A program made the translations under genes and the position numbers. DNA of 64,000 bases from Lama glama (lineage: Eukaryota): NCBI GenBank assembly GCA_028534125.1, contig CM052818.1, positions 34,908,001-34,972,000 on the forward strand. Reading direction: 5' to 3'. Shown piece after piece: positions 62,830 through 64,000 of the stretch. The notes below the pieces were generated by a model, which saw nothing but the letters and a program-made list of their open reading frames with translations, was not told where the DNA came from and searched no databases. Each line of letters starts with the position of its first letter. Positions within the stretch are counted from its first letter, which is position 1.

Positions 62830-64000
62830 GGCTCCTCCCAGTCTCTATAACCACCGTGGCGCCCCGCACGCGGTCAGAATCCGTTCAATAAACCTTCCCG
62901 GACGGATGAAGTTCCGCTTCCGCAGGCAGGTTTTCACTGTAGGCGTGAGCGCCGGACGCGCGACCCAGAGCAGGGTCGGACCTCCCCGACGCGCATGCTC
63001 CGCAGGAGAGGCAGAAAGCGGAAGGGCGGGGGAGTGGCCTGGCTCCGCGGACCGCCGGCTGGTTCTCCCTGCAGCCCCGCGCGGGTGGCGGGGGCGCGCG
63101 AGCGCTCGTTCGCGCGGCCGGCTGCGTACAGTAGTGACGGCCGCGCGGGAGCGGTCACATGACCGTAGCGGCTGCCTGTACAGTAAGGACCCAATATGGC
63201 AGCGGCGGTAGCAGTGGCAACGGCAGCAGGAGGACCGGCCGCCCCATAGACCCCCCCCCGCGCACCACCCCCGCCGCTTCCTCTGTTTGGGTGCTCCTCC
63301 GGCCTGACTTCCCCTTTCTCCCACCTTTCCCGGCACCGCGGGAAAAACAGCGCAGGGCAGAGCAGGCAGGGAAGGCGGCCGGAGCCCGGACACGGGAGCC
63401 TCCCAGTCAGTTCAAGACCCGACATGAGGGAAAAGGGCCGTAGGAAGAAGGGCAGGACCTGGGCGGAGGCCGCCAAGACGGTAAGGGGGAGGGGGGCGAA
63501 GGGGAAGACCGGGAGGATTTCGTTCCCTCTCGCCCGCCGGTCGCAGGGGAAGGGAGGTCAGTGGCCCTGCGACCCGGCTGAGGGGACACAAAACCGCGCG
63601 GCGAGGGCGGCGGTTAGTGTCGGCTTGTGGTCCCTGTGGGAATGGAGGCGCTCAGCGGAAGAGGGTCGCCGCGGGGCTGTGGCTTCTCCCTGCGTCTGCG
63701 ACGAGTCCTCTTGGTGTTTTGAAGCTGCCTCTTGGGGTCACGATGCTCTCACCCCCGCTCTGTGGTAGCCCCCGCCCCGGCATGGGGAAGTGTGTTGTGC
63801 TTGCACAGTAACCGGTTCTTCTCCCTTGTGCGGCTCAAGAGCCCCCACTGGATGCAGATAGGAGAAGGCTTGTGCGTGCACCCAGCCCCGGAAAGAAGAG
63901 GGGAGCGCTGGAGCTGGGTAGAATTGACCCGCTATAGCGGACATGCCGCCTGACCCCGGGCCCCCTGCTTGTCTGGGCTCCCGGATCCGACCGCAGGTCA
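62830..64000. promoter_or_regulatory. ASXL2: CpG island / ASXL2 promoter and 5' region
   Basis: Abrupt rise in GC and CpG density. Contains ETS-like TTCCGCTTCCGC (~62911), NRF1-like GCGCATGC (62991), E-box near-palindrome CGGTCACATGACCG (63152-63165) and YY1-like AATATGGC (63193). Confidence 0.92.
63424..63480 (+). CDS. ASXL2: ASXL2 first coding exon (N-terminus leading into the HARE-HTH/ASXN domain)
   Basis: MREKGRRKKGRTWAEAAKT followed by the donor GTAAGG at 63481. Matches the recalled ASXL2 N-terminus; KIF3C then ASXL2 in the same orientation agrees with human synteny. Confidence 0.96.

Noticed and set aside
62845..63476. Long minus-strand ORFs (180-182 aa) at the CpG island
   Set aside because: Low stop frequency in very GC-rich DNA explains them; there is no evidence of a divergent coding gene.

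Overview
Mammalian (eutherian) genomic DNA, most likely a camelid: about ten copies of a short tRNA-Ala-derived SINE of the vic-1 type plus cetartiodactyl-style L1 3' ends (inference). The window holds the 3' part of KIF3C on the + strand: the tail of a long intron, seven coding exons (15387-28944) that splice in phase with GT-AG boundaries, and a 3' UTR of about 2.4-2.6 kb. A repeat-rich intergenic stretch of about 31 kb follows, containing a full-length RPL12 processed pseudogene with a 15-bp target-site duplication (TSD). The window ends in the CpG-island promoter and first coding exon of ASXL2 (+). I see no new multi-gene system, and most ORFs in the track are chance ORFs. The best oddities are three. 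One is an internal L1 ORF2 fragment with no poly(A) tail but a perfect TSD (candidate internal priming). Another is a 100-bp L1 insertion that appears to carry a 3' transduction. The third is a strong-Kozak uORF in frame with ASXL2 and separated from it by one TAG. Repeat family names come from recalled consensus sequences, not from a RepeatMasker run.
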